DNA from: an uncultured Fibrobacterota bacterium
GTDB lineage: Bacteria; Fibrobacterota; Chitinivibrionia; Chitinivibrionales; FEN-1185
Assembly: GCA_963729895.1 (NCBI GenBank)
Contig: CAVSQB010000012.1
Coordinates: 32,001-96,000, forward strand
Direction of reading: 5' to 3'
DNA: 64,000 nucleotides
Shown here: positions 1 to 9,778 of the stretch, piece after piece
Numbering within the stretch: position 1 is the first letter of the stretch
How the letters are laid out: every line of letters starts with the position of its first letter
The notes under the pieces: model-generated
Databases searched by the model: none
The model's input: the letters and a program-made list of their open reading frames with translations, nothing else
What the model was told of the DNA's origin: nothing
Position numbers and translations under genes: made by a program

Positions 1-104
1 AACAAACATCGCGTCCTGTCTTGCGGAGGCCTTGGACGACGATTACAGCACGAGTATTCAAATACCCGCTCTTTCACCAAACCCTATCTCCAAAGGAGGC
101 CCCC

Positions 105-1187
105 ATGGCTCGCGTGTTTAATTTCTCCGCCGGTCCGGCCGTGCTGCCGGAGCCGGTGCTCAAAAAGGCTGCTGCGGAAATGCTCGATTGCAATGGAAGC
201 GGAATGTCCGTCATGGAAATGAGCCACCGCTCCAAGGATTTCGAAGCCATCATTGACGGCGCGGAATCGCATTTGCGGAGGCTCATGAATATTCCTGCCA
301 ATTACAAGGTGCTTTTTCTGCAGGGCGGTGCGTCCAGCCAGTTTGCCATGGTGCCGCTCAACCTGTTGTCCAGGAGCGGCAAAGCCGATTTCATCAACAC
401 GGGGACCTGGTCCAAGAAGGCGATTTCCGAGGCAAAGCGCTACGGCACGGCAAACGTGATTGCCACATCGGAAGACAGGAATTTCAGCTATATTCCCAAA
501 GTGCCAAAGGAAAAATTCGATGCTGCGGCAAGCTACGTGCATATCACCAGCAACAACACCATCGAAGGAACAAAGTACGCCGCGTTCCCGGATACGGGCG
601 CAGTGCCGCTCGTTGCCGATATGTCGTCCAATATTCTTTCCGAGGTGATGGATGTGGCCAAGTTCGGCTTGATTTACGCTGGCGCGCAGAAGAATATCGG
701 GCCTGCCGGAGTCACGGTGGTCATTGTTCGCGAGGACCTTATCGGCAAGGCATTGCCGATAACGCCGACGATGCTCAATTACGAGACGCATGCCAAGGAA
801 AAATCCCTGTACAACACTCCTCCTACCTATGGTATTTACATCGCCAAATTGGTTTTCGAATGGATGCTCGAAAGGGGAGGCGTCCCGGCAATGGAGAAAA
901 TCAACAAGGACAAGGCAAACATCTTGTACGATTTTATCGACGACTCCGGCCTTTTCAAGGGCACTGCGGCAAAAGAAGACCGCTCCATCATGAATATTCC
1001 TTTCACTCTTCCAACGGACGAGCTTACCGACAAATGCCTTAAGGAGGCAAAGCTGAATGGATTGGTACAGCTCAAGGGGCATCGAAGCGTCGGCGGTCTG
1101 CGCGCCAGCATCTACAATGCCATGCCGGTGGACGGCGTAAGGAAACTAGTCGAATTTCTCAAGAAGTTCGAAGCTGTCAATAAGTAA
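105..1187 (+). CDS. serC: Phosphoserine aminotransferase
   Basis: N-terminal FNFSAGPA, SHRS, LQGGAS, ADMSS, PLP-lysine motif GAQKNIGPAG, GHRSVGGLRASIYNA; ATG at 105 after AAAGGAGG. Confidence 0.97.
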   Translation: MARVFNFSAGPAVLPEPVLKKAAAEMLDCNGSGMSVMEMSHRSKDFEAIIDGAESHLRRLMNIPANYKVLFLQGGASSQFAMVPLNLLSRSGKADFINTGTWSKKAISEAKRYGTANVIATSEDRNFSYIPKVPKEKFDAAASYVHITSNNTIEGTKYAAFPDTGAVPLVADMSSNILSEVMDVAKFGLIYAGAQKNIGPAGVTVVIVREDLIGKALPITPTMLNYETHAKEKSLYNTPPTYGIYIAKLVFEWMLERGGVPAMEKINKDKANILYDFIDDSGLFKGTAAKEDRSIMNIPFTLPTDELTDKCLKEAKLNGLVQLKGHRSVGGLRASIYNAMPVDGVRKLVEFLKKFEAVNK

Positions 1188-1196
1188 ACAAATATG

Positions 1197-1281
1197 TTCA
1201 CCACGGAGGACACAGAGAAGAAAATGCAGGGAATCGCTAAAAATTTGATTTTCTCCGTGTTCTCTGTGCCTCCGTGGTGAA
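1197..1281. repeat. Intergenic long inverted repeat (REP/MITE-like hairpin)
   Basis: TTCACCACGGAGGACACAGAGAA (1197-1219) pairs with TTCTCTGTGCCTCCGTGGTGAA (1260-1281), one bulged base. Confidence 0.8.
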
Positions 1282-1316
1282 GCATCTTGAATTTTTAAAC
1301 CTAGAGGAGAAACCCC

Positions 1317-2489
1317 ATGTTCAAAATACAAACGCTCAACAAGATTTCAACCGTCGGTCTTGAGATCTTTCCAAGAGATACCTATGAAATCGCATCTGAA
1401 ATCATGCATGCGGACGCAGTGCTGGTGAGGAGCGCAGACATGCACGAGACTCAATTCGCCGACACGCTCAAGGCAATCGCGCGCGCAGGAGCGGGCGTCA
1501 ACAATATTCCGATCGACAAATGCTCCGAAAAGGGCATTGTGGTGATGAATACGCCGGGGGCCAATGCCAACAGTGTTAAGGAGCTCGCCATCGCCGGCCT
1601 TCTCCTGTCATCGCGCAGGCTCGTTCCCGGCATTATCTGGGCAAAGGGACTGGCAGGAAAGGGAGATGAAGTGCCCAAACTTATTGAGAAGGGCAAGACC
1701 AATTTTGAAGGCCCGGAAATCAAGGGCAAGCGCCTGGGCGTGATCGGCCTCGGCTCCATCGGCGTCAAAGTGGCGAACGACGCCATTTCCCTCGGCATGG
1801 AGGTTACCGGCTACGATCCTATTATTTCGGTTGAGGCTGCGTGGGAGCTGTCGCGTACCGTCAAACGGGCGTTGTCGCTCGATAGCCTCATTTCCAAATC
1901 GGATTACATTTCGCTCCATGTTCCGCTCAACGACAAAACCAAGGGCATTCTCAACAAGGACAAGTTCGCACTCATGAAGAAGGGGGTGCGGGTCCTCAAT
2001 TTCGCCCGGGGCGGCCTTGTCAACAACGAAGACCTCAAGGCGGCAATCAAAGACGGCATTGTGGCCTCCTATGTCACCGATTTTCCGGACGAGGACCTGC
2101 TCGCACTCGACAATGTGATACCCATCCCGCATCTGGGCGCGTCCACGCCCGAGGCTGAGGACAACTGTGCCATCATGGCGGTAACACAGATCCGTAATTT
2201 CCTGGAGTTCGGTAATATCAAGAATTCGGTGAACTTTCCGGACTGCGAAATGGACCCGTCGGGAAGAACAAGAATCCTGGTGGGGAACAGGAACATTCCG
2301 AATATGGTGGGACAGATCAGTACTCTGCTTGCCGCGGAAAAGATCAATATCGCCGACATGCTTAACAAAAGCAGGGCCGACCTCGCGTACAACATTATCG
2401 ATATCGATAACGTCATCAGCGAATCCACCCTCACGAAGCTCAAGGCCATCGAAGGAATAATTATGGTGAGAGTGCTCGAAAGAAAGTAA
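1317..2489 (+). CDS. serA: D-3-phosphoglycerate dehydrogenase with C-terminal ACT domain
   Basis: ARAGAGVNNIP, NTPGANANSV, GLGSIG Rossmann motif, NFARG, PHLGAST, ACT-like NIPNMVGQI; follows serC; RBS GAGGAG. Confidence 0.93.
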   Translation: MFKIQTLNKISTVGLEIFPRDTYEIASEIMHADAVLVRSADMHETQFADTLKAIARAGAGVNNIPIDKCSEKGIVVMNTPGANANSVKELAIAGLLLSSRRLVPGIIWAKGLAGKGDEVPKLIEKGKTNFEGPEIKGKRLGVIGLGSIGVKVANDAISLGMEVTGYDPIISVEAAWELSRTVKRALSLDSLISKSDYISLHVPLNDKTKGILNKDKFALMKKGVRVLNFARGGLVNNEDLKAAIKDGIVASYVTDFPDEDLLALDNVIPIPHLGASTPEAEDNCAIMAVTQIRNFLEFGNIKNSVNFPDCEMDPSGRTRILVGNRNIPNMVGQISTLLAAEKINIADMLNKSRADLAYNIIDIDNVISESTLTKLKAIEGIIMVRVLERK

Positions 2490-2528
2490 GAGCGGAGCCT
2501 GCTTCCCAGGAAGTCGATTACGGGTCGA

Positions 2529-2575
2529 GTGCTGGCCGTGACCTCCCGTCAAACCGGTGGGGTCATGGCCAGCGC
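2529..2575. terminator. GC-rich hairpin between convergent genes, probable terminator
   Basis: GTGCTGGCCGTGACCTC ... GGGGTCATGGCCAGCGC stem with G-U pairs; no clear U-tract. Confidence 0.5.
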
Positions 2576-2603
2576 CGTTTGGGGCCGGGCAAGACCCGGA
2601 AAC

Positions 2604-5600
2604 TCAGCGGGAAATTTTCATCGAAAGCCTGTTCGTGTAGTAATCCGGCTGGTCGATCAGATCCCAGTCGTCGAAATCGAAACCAAGGCCGAACGTGATG
2701 CGGCTGCCGCCGAAGGGAGCGGGCCTGTTGAAACCGTAGTCATAACGCAGGTCGATTGCCATGGGAAGGCCGAACGATCTGGCCTTGAGGCGCAGCTCCG
2801 TACCGGCTGATGAAAGCCAGTCCTGCTTGCGAAACGTGAGCATGTCCGACGGCTTTTGCCAGCCCGCGCCGCTGGCAAAGTTTACGGCGCCGTAAAACTG
2901 GTCTATGTTGAGAAACCAGAATTTTCCGCCGATCTGGGTTGTGGGCCACAACGGGAAGCGGTAGGAAAGATTCACAGATGCAACAGCGTTGCCGGTAATG
3001 AGCACCGTGTCGAAGATGATTGAGTCGTTGCCCCCGGCGGTCCGCAGCGTGTCCCTGAAGTAATACGTGTAGCCCTTTATCCATTCGATCGGCTGGTAAT
3101 AGGAGGGCAGGCTTTGTTCAGCGTAGTGCGTGCCGAACACTTTGTTGGTTAGCATCTCGTTCGGTAAAACGGCAGTAGCCTGGATTTCCGCGTATATATC
3201 GTGTTTGTCGTACCAGGGCGAAGTGATGCCGGCCTTGAGCGTGGCGTCAAGCTCGTGGTATTTGAACGTGTCGTAGTTTTCGACCGGTATGCCGTTGACG
3301 ACGGTAATTCCCTTTTGGTTAAGCAGGTACTGGTTCCAGTAATCGTACTGGAGGCGTGCAACGAGCCCGCGCGGAGAAATAAAGGATCGCTGGTCGTGTT
3401 CGGGCATCAAAAGCGACAGAAAAGCCCCTGCGCGGTACCCCTGGGCAACATCGTAGGAAAAATCTTTGGTCCCGGGTGCGTACACGGCGTATGCTTCGCT
3501 CAGAAGGAGGTACACTTCGTACCAGTTGTAGCTCCCGATAAGATGAAAGTTTAAACCTTCGGCAAGCGGGTGCGAAAGCATGAGATCGACGTAGCGCAGC
3601 GTTATCTGATAGTCAAGCTGCTGTTCGATGGCAGTACCAAGGGAGTCGTCCGTCAGGTAGAAATAGTCGCTTTCGGTAATGGCGCGCTGCTGGAAATCAA
3701 AGGTAAGGTCAACGGGCAGGGCCTTGGTGGTTCCGAACGCTCCCAGATCATAATTGATTTGCCTTCCGAAGAAGCCCTGGTCGAAGTTGATAAACTGGAA
3801 AATCTTGTTGGGTTCCAGGAAAAGATACGCGCCCAGCTGCGAACCCATGTCGAGGGCCGAAAGCGGATCGTCGAGGAAGGCGAGAGCGCCCGCCTTGAAG
3901 ACCATCTGCCCCTGGAACACGTTGTTGATTTGCGGCACGTCCTCTTCCATGATCATGGTAGGGACCAGCATAAACATGGTGGGGAACCGGGAATAAGGAC
4001 GGGCCGGACCGGCAACGTCCTCGTTTATCGTGGGAATGCGGAGCGGAACGGAGGGAATAAACAGAGTGTCGGCGTGCGTTTCTTCAAGGGCGCGTACCGA
4101 GTCCAGAAGGTAAATGCCGTAGCCGTCCTTGTCATAGTTGGCGAAAACGAGTTTCTTCTCGTCCTTTGATATGTCGGGCGCGAAAGCGCCCCCGGACACA
4201 TTGGTTACCCGGGCAAGGCTGTGCGCATCGAAGTTGTACTTGTAAATATTGAAAATGCCGGATCTGTCCGATGAAAAATAGAGGCTTTTCCCATCCGCGG
4301 CAAAACGCGGGTCCCGGTCGTCGTGGCCCGGATTTTTCATCTGGGTGAACTCATGCGACAGGGTATCGTAGATGCCGATCTTGCGAAAGCCTTTCTCTAT
4401 GGAGCTGATTGCGATGTGAATGCCGTCGGAACTCCAGTCGAGGCTGTAGATGAATTTGAACGGTTGTGCCTTGGCTGCGGGCGTGGTGTCGGGATACACG
4501 GTTATACTGTTCAAGCCGCTTGTGTCCATGATGCACAAGTAGAATTTGTCTGTGATCCTGCGCGCATAGGCCAGTTTGTTGCCGCTCGGCGAAAAGGCCG
4601 CCCCGAAAACGCTGCGTTTCTGGGTGATCTGCCGTTCGGTCTTGCGCTTGAAGGGGTCAAATTTCGGTTTCTCCGGCGGAAGCGTGTCGATGAACGCGTC
4701 AAAGAGTCGATCGCCGCCCTGGTCCGGAGCCTCGATCGACTTCTTCGATTTCATGCTGGTATATGCGACAAGGCCGGAAACGGGATTGATGGAGTAAAAT
4801 GTGGATATTCCCTTTTCGTGCTTGATCTTCTTGTCGTCCTTTACCGAATCAACCAAGCTATAGGAGTACAGGCTCTTGGAGTAAAAGGAGTAATCAGCCT
4901 TGCCGTTGCTTATGAAGAAGATCTTTTTCCCGTCCGGGGAGAACTTGGGCCAGTAGTTGTCGTACCCGTCTTTATTTATCTTGACGCCGTACACCTGCGT
5001 TCCCAGTTTCTTCACCTGGTCGTTGTAATGCAGTTCGAGAGACTTTTTCCATTCGGCGTATAATTGACGGCCGGTAATTCCCAGAACCGCCTTCACGGCT
5101 TTATCGAAGTCGAGCCGGTACACGTGGGCGCAATCATGCAGAATTGCCGAAACCTTGTCGTACCCGTAGGTGTCGGAAATGTAGCGTACCAGGGAAAAGC
5201 CGTGATTGTAGGTTTTTTCGAAGTCCTGGCCCGTGCCGGCAAATTCGCACATGCGTTCCCACGACATAAGGTTGCCCGACACGGCTAGGCTGCGAAGGAT
5301 CATGTCCCGGTGAGTGTCCCACGAATCCGTGCCATACCTCGAATCTTCGTATTGCGCAATCCCTTCGGAAAACCAGGGGGGAAGAATGTCGTCGGGAAAC
5401 ACATGCAGCGCTTCGACGCGGTTTGGCTCGTTGGGATGGCTAAAATACCCGAGTTGGATGGACGGAATATACGGTGCAAACTTGAAACTTGACGTTATGG
5501 AAAGAATGTGCGCGTATTCGTGCGTGATCACGCCCTTGAGCCAGTCGTGCGTTCCGCGCTCGTTGATGTCGAAGTCGTGGATCCATATGGTGATGAAATT

Positions 5601-5954
5601 GTGATACGGGTCCGCGAATCCGTTGGTAATTTCGCCGTCCATGACCAGCACCTTGGTTTTTGCCGGCAAGGTTAGGCCGTACGTCTTGGAAAAAATGCCG
5701 TACAGATGCTCGAATTGTACCGAAGCTTCGCGAGCGACGCTCTCCAACCCCTGCGTAAAACTTATGGAAAAATGGGCGGTTTCGATGGTAAAGACCTTGG
5801 TGCCGAACGCGTTCCAATTGAGGTTTTCTTCCTGGCCGAACACGGAAGCGCAAAAGAGGAGCGCGGCAAGAGCGCAGGACGACGCGAGAAAACGGGGCGC
5901 CGCAAAGGAAAGGGAACCGGGGCGGAACTGCCTGCGGCCGGGAGAATTCCTCAC
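2604..5954 (-). CDS. Exported protein: gluzincin (peptidase MA-like) domain, PD40/TolB-like propeller and C-terminal outer-membrane barrel-like region
   Basis: Signal-peptide-like N-terminus; HEYAH plus PWFSEGIAQY; repeats PKFSPDGKKI, FSPSGNKLAY, WSSDG, PRFAADGKSLYFSSDRSG; beta-strand-like ITFGLGFDF near the end; GTGA overlap with the upstream gene. Confidence 0.8.
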   Translation of the reverse strand: MRNSPGRRQFRPGSLSFAAPRFLASSCALAALLFCASVFGQEENLNWNAFGTKVFTIETAHFSISFTQGLESVAREASVQFEHLYGIFSKTYGLTLPAKTKVLVMDGEITNGFADPYHNFITIWIHDFDINERGTHDWLKGVITHEYAHILSITSSFKFAPYIPSIQLGYFSHPNEPNRVEALHVFPDDILPPWFSEGIAQYEDSRYGTDSWDTHRDMILRSLAVSGNLMSWERMCEFAGTGQDFEKTYNHGFSLVRYISDTYGYDKVSAILHDCAHVYRLDFDKAVKAVLGITGRQLYAEWKKSLELHYNDQVKKLGTQVYGVKINKDGYDNYWPKFSPDGKKIFFISNGKADYSFYSKSLYSYSLVDSVKDDKKIKHEKGISTFYSINPVSGLVAYTSMKSKKSIEAPDQGGDRLFDAFIDTLPPEKPKFDPFKRKTERQITQKRSVFGAAFSPSGNKLAYARRITDKFYLCIMDTSGLNSITVYPDTTPAAKAQPFKFIYSLDWSSDGIHIAISSIEKGFRKIGIYDTLSHEFTQMKNPGHDDRDPRFAADGKSLYFSSDRSGIFNIYKYNFDAHSLARVTNVSGGAFAPDISKDEKKLVFANYDKDGYGIYLLDSVRALEETHADTLFIPSVPLRIPTINEDVAGPARPYSRFPTMFMLVPTMIMEEDVPQINNVFQGQMVFKAGALAFLDDPLSALDMGSQLGAYLFLEPNKIFQFINFDQGFFGRQINYDLGAFGTTKALPVDLTFDFQQRAITESDYFYLTDDSLGTAIEQQLDYQITLRYVDLMLSHPLAEGLNFHLIGSYNWYEVYLLLSEAYAVYAPGTKDFSYDVAQGYRAGAFLSLLMPEHDQRSFISPRGLVARLQYDYWNQYLLNQKGITVVNGIPVENYDTFKYHELDATLKAGITSPWYDKHDIYAEIQATAVLPNEMLTNKVFGTHYAEQSLPSYYQPIEWIKGYTYYFRDTLRTAGGNDSIIFDTVLITGNAVASVNLSYRFPLWPTTQIGGKFWFLNIDQFYGAVNFASGAGWQKPSDMLTFRKQDWLSSAGTELRLKARSFGLPMAIDLRYDYGFNRPAPFGGSRITFGLGFDFDDWDLIDQPDYYTNRLSMKISR

Positions 5955-8900
5955 TTTACAACCGCCATTTTCCAGTAATTGACGTACTTGGTTCCCCCAA
6001 CCACCGCTTCAATCCTGCACCGGTACACACCCGGGCCGAAGGTTGAAAGCGAAACCGGCGGAAGTTCGTTATAGTCGGGAAAGCTGCCGGAAATTCCTGT
6101 TTTGGAAAGCACATGCAGTCCCGCCATGGTAAACACGTCGAGCCGCACATTCCTTGCTGCAGCGGAAAATTTGTACTTGAACCACACGTACGCGCTGCCG
6201 TTTGTCGGATTTGGGTAGGTGAAGAACGTTATCGGAGCGTTTTCAACCAGCGTATTCTTGGGAGCGGACCCCAGATACGCAAAACAGCGAGTCCCGTTAT
6301 ATCCCGTCTGCTGCCAGATCATCGAGTCGCCGATCACCGAATTTCCCAGTTTCCAGCGGTATACCCACCCGTTGGCGGCTATTGCAACAAGGTCAATGGT
6401 GCCGTTTCCATCGATGTCGTCGAGCAGGGGCGATGCGCCCATCGGGCCGCCCACGGTGAGCGGCCATCGTGAATACAACTGGTTGGCGCCGATGGCGTAC
6501 TTGGGCCGCTTTCCTGTTTTGTCCAGAGCGTCCACAAAGCCGCCGGGGAGCACGATCGGAAGCACGAGGGAATCGCCGAATACCAGGGCCGAATCGATGA
6601 AACCCGCGGTAACGCCGGAAAGCGTGTCTTTGGTGCCGTCGCGCCGAAGGTACACGATGGTGCCCGCGGTCTTGTTTGTTGTCAGGATGGAATCGACTTC
6701 CCAGGTGTCGTTCTCACCCGAGGCCGAGCTGAATATCACGAGTGAATTACCGGAGCCTGTAGACTTTGTCACCACGGGCGAACAGGCGATGTTTCCCCGC
6801 CAGAACCGGTTGTCGAGGATGGCTGGCCATCCGGCAATCGAAACACCCTTGTAGTTGAGTGCGTAGACCCCGCTCGTGCCGCCCGCAATGATGTCGAGAT
6901 AGCCGTCGCCGTTGATATCCGCGAGCGATGGCGGCGCCAGGTTCACCGGGAGCAGATGACGGTTTTGGAACGTGTCGAGGGCCGACGCCCAGTCGTTGGG
7001 CGTGCGCGTCCACCCGGGAGCAGGCGTGAGATCGCTCGTGTATTCCCACAGGCCCTTGCGGCTGTCGCACACGACAATTTTGGGCAGATTGTCGTTATTC
7101 ATATCGCCGGTAACAAGGGAAAACGGCGCAATGCCGCTGTCCAGCTTTGTGACAAGCGAGGGAGCGGACGAGCCGATATGCAAAAGCGAGAGGGTGTCGT
7201 TCGCCTGAATGCACACCAGACTGTCCGGGAATTTCGCCAGGGCCGCAACCGCGTTGACCGGGGAACGCGTGCCCAGCCGAATCGAATCGCGGACCACCGA
7301 GTAACTGCCCGTGTCGCCGACAAGCACCACGCCGGTTGAACATCCCATTGCCCAGTAGGGTCCCGGAAGTTTGCACAGGTACGTGGACGGCGTCTGTAAA
7401 AACGGGGCGGAAGAGTCGATTGCTATTGCGGAATCGGAAACGCTGGAGACAAGGTAGAAGAACTTTCGCTGCGACGGAATTACGAGCTTGCCGTCGATCA
7501 CCGTCGGAAATGTGTATGCCCCGGCAAGGGAATCGTAGGTGACCGGATCGGAGGACACCGTATCGTAGGGAAACCCGGCACCCGGTGCCGCGGTCGGTCC
7601 GGCGCCGCGCAGGGTGAGGTAGGGGACGGCGCCGGTTTTCGATTGATGCAAAGAGCCGGTGCCCGAGGGCCACACATAGAGCCTGCCGCTTTGCGAAAGC
7701 ACGGCAACCTTCTTGGATGTTCCGGTGCCAAAGACCGCGGGATCGAATAATTTCTCGGGTATCGTGCGCCTTGGCCAGCCCGGGGCAAGGTAATCCCATC
7801 GGACCGCTAGTGTGAAAGCGCTGTCTGCAAAATCCCTCACCAGATGGCCGTGCGCTGCGGAAAATTCCGTCTCTTTCTTCGTCGTGTCGATCACGCCGAA
7901 CTTCATCGACAAATAGGTCTGGCCGCCGTCGTTGGCATGAGTTGACGGCCTTGTCCACGGACCCATGCTGTCAACAAGAAACGTCCTGCCCGTGGAATCG
8001 GTTGTGCGGTGCGGAAACACGTCCTCCTCGCCGCCGAAATCGAATACGGCCTGGTAGAAGACGTTTTCTCCCATGACGCCAATGTCCTGGACGCCGTCCG
8101 CTTCTTCGAGATACACGGCCCTGTAATTTGAATCCGCATTGAGCAAATCATAGTTGATGCGGTCGCGAATGATATTCTCATCAACGTGCCAGACGAGAAT
8201 TCCGGAAGCGGGGAGCCCCACGTCGTAATTGGCGGCGGAAAGAACCACATGAGATGGATCGTTGGAAACCGAATCGACCACAAGAGGCGAATTGATATTC
8301 ACCCAGGAATTGGGATCGATGATAATGGTGTCGGGCGGGCCTTTCGCAGTGTCCCAGATAAAAACGCCGGGGTTGGCCCCGAGGTTCCGCTGGCGGTTTT
8401 CAACAAGGTAGTATTCGTGGTCGTTGATGGGAACCTGCAAAATGGTCGTATCACCCGCATGAGCGGCGCTCAGCGCCTTGATCCTGGAGACACTGGCCTG
8501 GCCCGTTCGAACCGGAATAGGCGAGTCCCAGCCCATGAAGGCGCGCACCCATGCCGAGGGCCAGGGCGGGATGAAGCCGTTGGCAGCCGAGTACCCGTAC
8601 GGGTCCATTATGCAGAAACCGCCCACGCCCGTTTCGCCGCTCGACGTTGAAAAAAGGTCCGGAATTCCTATTTGTCTGGCAATCTGGTTCACCATGATGC
8701 CGTGGATGCCGAAATTGAGGGAGTCCTGGTTCGAGGTCTCGGAGGACATCATCACCTCGTCGATGAGAAGGCTGGAACCGCCCGCTCCGCTTACCAGCAC
8801 GCCTGTCGTATCGAGCTTGATCGTGTCCTTGAAAAAAGAGAAAAACTGCTGGGTTACAAAAGCATCAATCATGTCTGAAGGCGTGTTTGCCGCGGCGGAA

Positions 8901-9661
8901 CCCTGAGCGCCGCCGTCGGTAAGGAATGAGGCGCCGGCATGCAGGATCATGAACACCGTCTTGTGCCCCAATGAATCATAAATGACCCCGTTGGATTGGT
9001 GCAGCGATGCGAAAGGCCCGCTCAAGTGGTCCGCGCTTTGATCTGCACTCTTGATTGCATCCGCAACGAATTTCATCAGGCCAACGGTTTTGCGCTCGTA
9101 ATAATTGTCGTTTGTCTCATTGGCCGGTTTGTATCCCGGCGAGTAATAGCTCATGGTATGGGGCACAGAGTCTATGACGTTGTCGTTATCGGGAAATACG
9201 GTAAAGTCTATCTTGAATTTACCGCGGGAAACCGTTGTGAAGTATTTCTGTACATAGGCGAGCTGGCTGTTGAAATAGGACAGACCGTGGGGCAGATTGT
9301 CGTATTTGTAGTCCCCGGAGGAGTAGTAGGTCTGCTCCTGCTGGTCGTGTTCTATATTGAACCGACCGTCTCCCGTAGCAAGAGGGGTGGTGTCGTATGC
9401 GAACTGCATCCTGAACGCCATGATATGAATCACGTCGGTATCCACCGAGGCTTTCTTAAAAAGCAACGACCCGTTGTGGTCTGCCGATGTTTCCACCAGG
9501 CGTTTCTTGGAGGACGCGCCGAAGAACTTTCCCAGCTTCGGCAGCTTTTTCGGAGGAGGGACCGCACTGCCGGACTGTAGCGCAGCAAGTAAAACGATGG
9601 TGAGGATAAGCGCGATGGAGCGATGAATGCGGTTTGGGCTCACTGTGTGGAATCCCGTCAT
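5951..9661 (-). CDS. T9SS cargo protein: M6 (immune inhibitor A-like) peptidase-homologous domain lacking HExxH, FG-GAP repeats, C-terminal T9SS sorting domain
   Basis: GIPDLF, FCIMD, SAWVRAFMGW, EYYLVENRQ, GILVWHVDE, LEEADG; FG-GAP-like DINGDGYLDII and DIDGNGTIDLV; C-terminal YPNP...GPGVYRCRI...KMAVVK. Start uncertain (9661 or 9697). Confidence 0.8.
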   Translation of the reverse strand: MTGFHTVSPNRIHRSIALILTIVLLAALQSGSAVPPPKKLPKLGKFFGASSKKRLVETSADHNGSLLFKKASVDTDVIHIMAFRMQFAYDTTPLATGDGRFNIEHDQQEQTYYSSGDYKYDNLPHGLSYFNSQLAYVQKYFTTVSRGKFKIDFTVFPDNDNVIDSVPHTMSYYSPGYKPANETNDNYYERKTVGLMKFVADAIKSADQSADHLSGPFASLHQSNGVIYDSLGHKTVFMILHAGASFLTDGGAQGSAAANTPSDMIDAFVTQQFFSFFKDTIKLDTTGVLVSGAGGSSLLIDEVMMSSETSNQDSLNFGIHGIMVNQIARQIGIPDLFSTSSGETGVGGFCIMDPYGYSAANGFIPPWPSAWVRAFMGWDSPIPVRTGQASVSRIKALSAAHAGDTTILQVPINDHEYYLVENRQRNLGANPGVFIWDTAKGPPDTIIIDPNSWVNINSPLVVDSVSNDPSHVVLSAANYDVGLPASGILVWHVDENIIRDRINYDLLNADSNYRAVYLEEADGVQDIGVMGENVFYQAVFDFGGEEDVFPHRTTDSTGRTFLVDSMGPWTRPSTHANDGGQTYLSMKFGVIDTTKKETEFSAAHGHLVRDFADSAFTLAVRWDYLAPGWPRRTIPEKLFDPAVFGTGTSKKVAVLSQSGRLYVWPSGTGSLHQSKTGAVPYLTLRGAGPTAAPGAGFPYDTVSSDPVTYDSLAGAYTFPTVIDGKLVIPSQRKFFYLVSSVSDSAIAIDSSAPFLQTPSTYLCKLPGPYWAMGCSTGVVLVGDTGSYSVVRDSIRLGTRSPVNAVAALAKFPDSLVCIQANDTLSLLHIGSSAPSLVTKLDSGIAPFSLVTGDMNNDNLPKIVVCDSRKGLWEYTSDLTPAPGWTRTPNDWASALDTFQNRHLLPVNLAPPSLADINGDGYLDIIAGGTSGVYALNYKGVSIAGWPAILDNRFWRGNIACSPVVTKSTGSGNSLVIFSSASGENDTWEVDSILTTNKTAGTIVYLRRDGTKDTLSGVTAGFIDSALVFGDSLVLPIVLPGGFVDALDKTGKRPKYAIGANQLYSRWPLTVGGPMGASPLLDDIDGNGTIDLVAIAANGWVYRWKLGNSVIGDSMIWQQTGYNGTRCFAYLGSAPKNTLVENAPITFFTYPNPTNGSAYVWFKYKFSAAARNVRLDVFTMAGLHVLSKTGISGSFPDYNELPPVSLSTFGPGVYRCRIEAVVGGTKYVNYWKMAVVK

Positions 9662-9778
9662 GAACTTTTTACGTCGTTTGATGATGGTGGCCGACAAGGG
9701 CCATCGGCGGTCTCATTCTGACTTTCCAGGAAGAATCTCGCCGTACCGGCGCTGCCGCGCGCCGGGGAAAAATCGTCC

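Noticed and set aside
1..104. Possible riboswitch upstream of serC
   Set aside because: No ZTP, glycine or other aptamer consensus recognised; the leader is truncated by the window edge.
84..2552. Long minus-strand ORFs over serC and serA (also 10013-11050, 17127-18149, 43390-44544)
   Set aside because: All lie opposite well-supported genes and lack motifs or RBS support.
2490..2603. Possible SRP or 6S RNA
   Set aside because: Only one hairpin; SRP domain IV and 6S bubble features are not evident.
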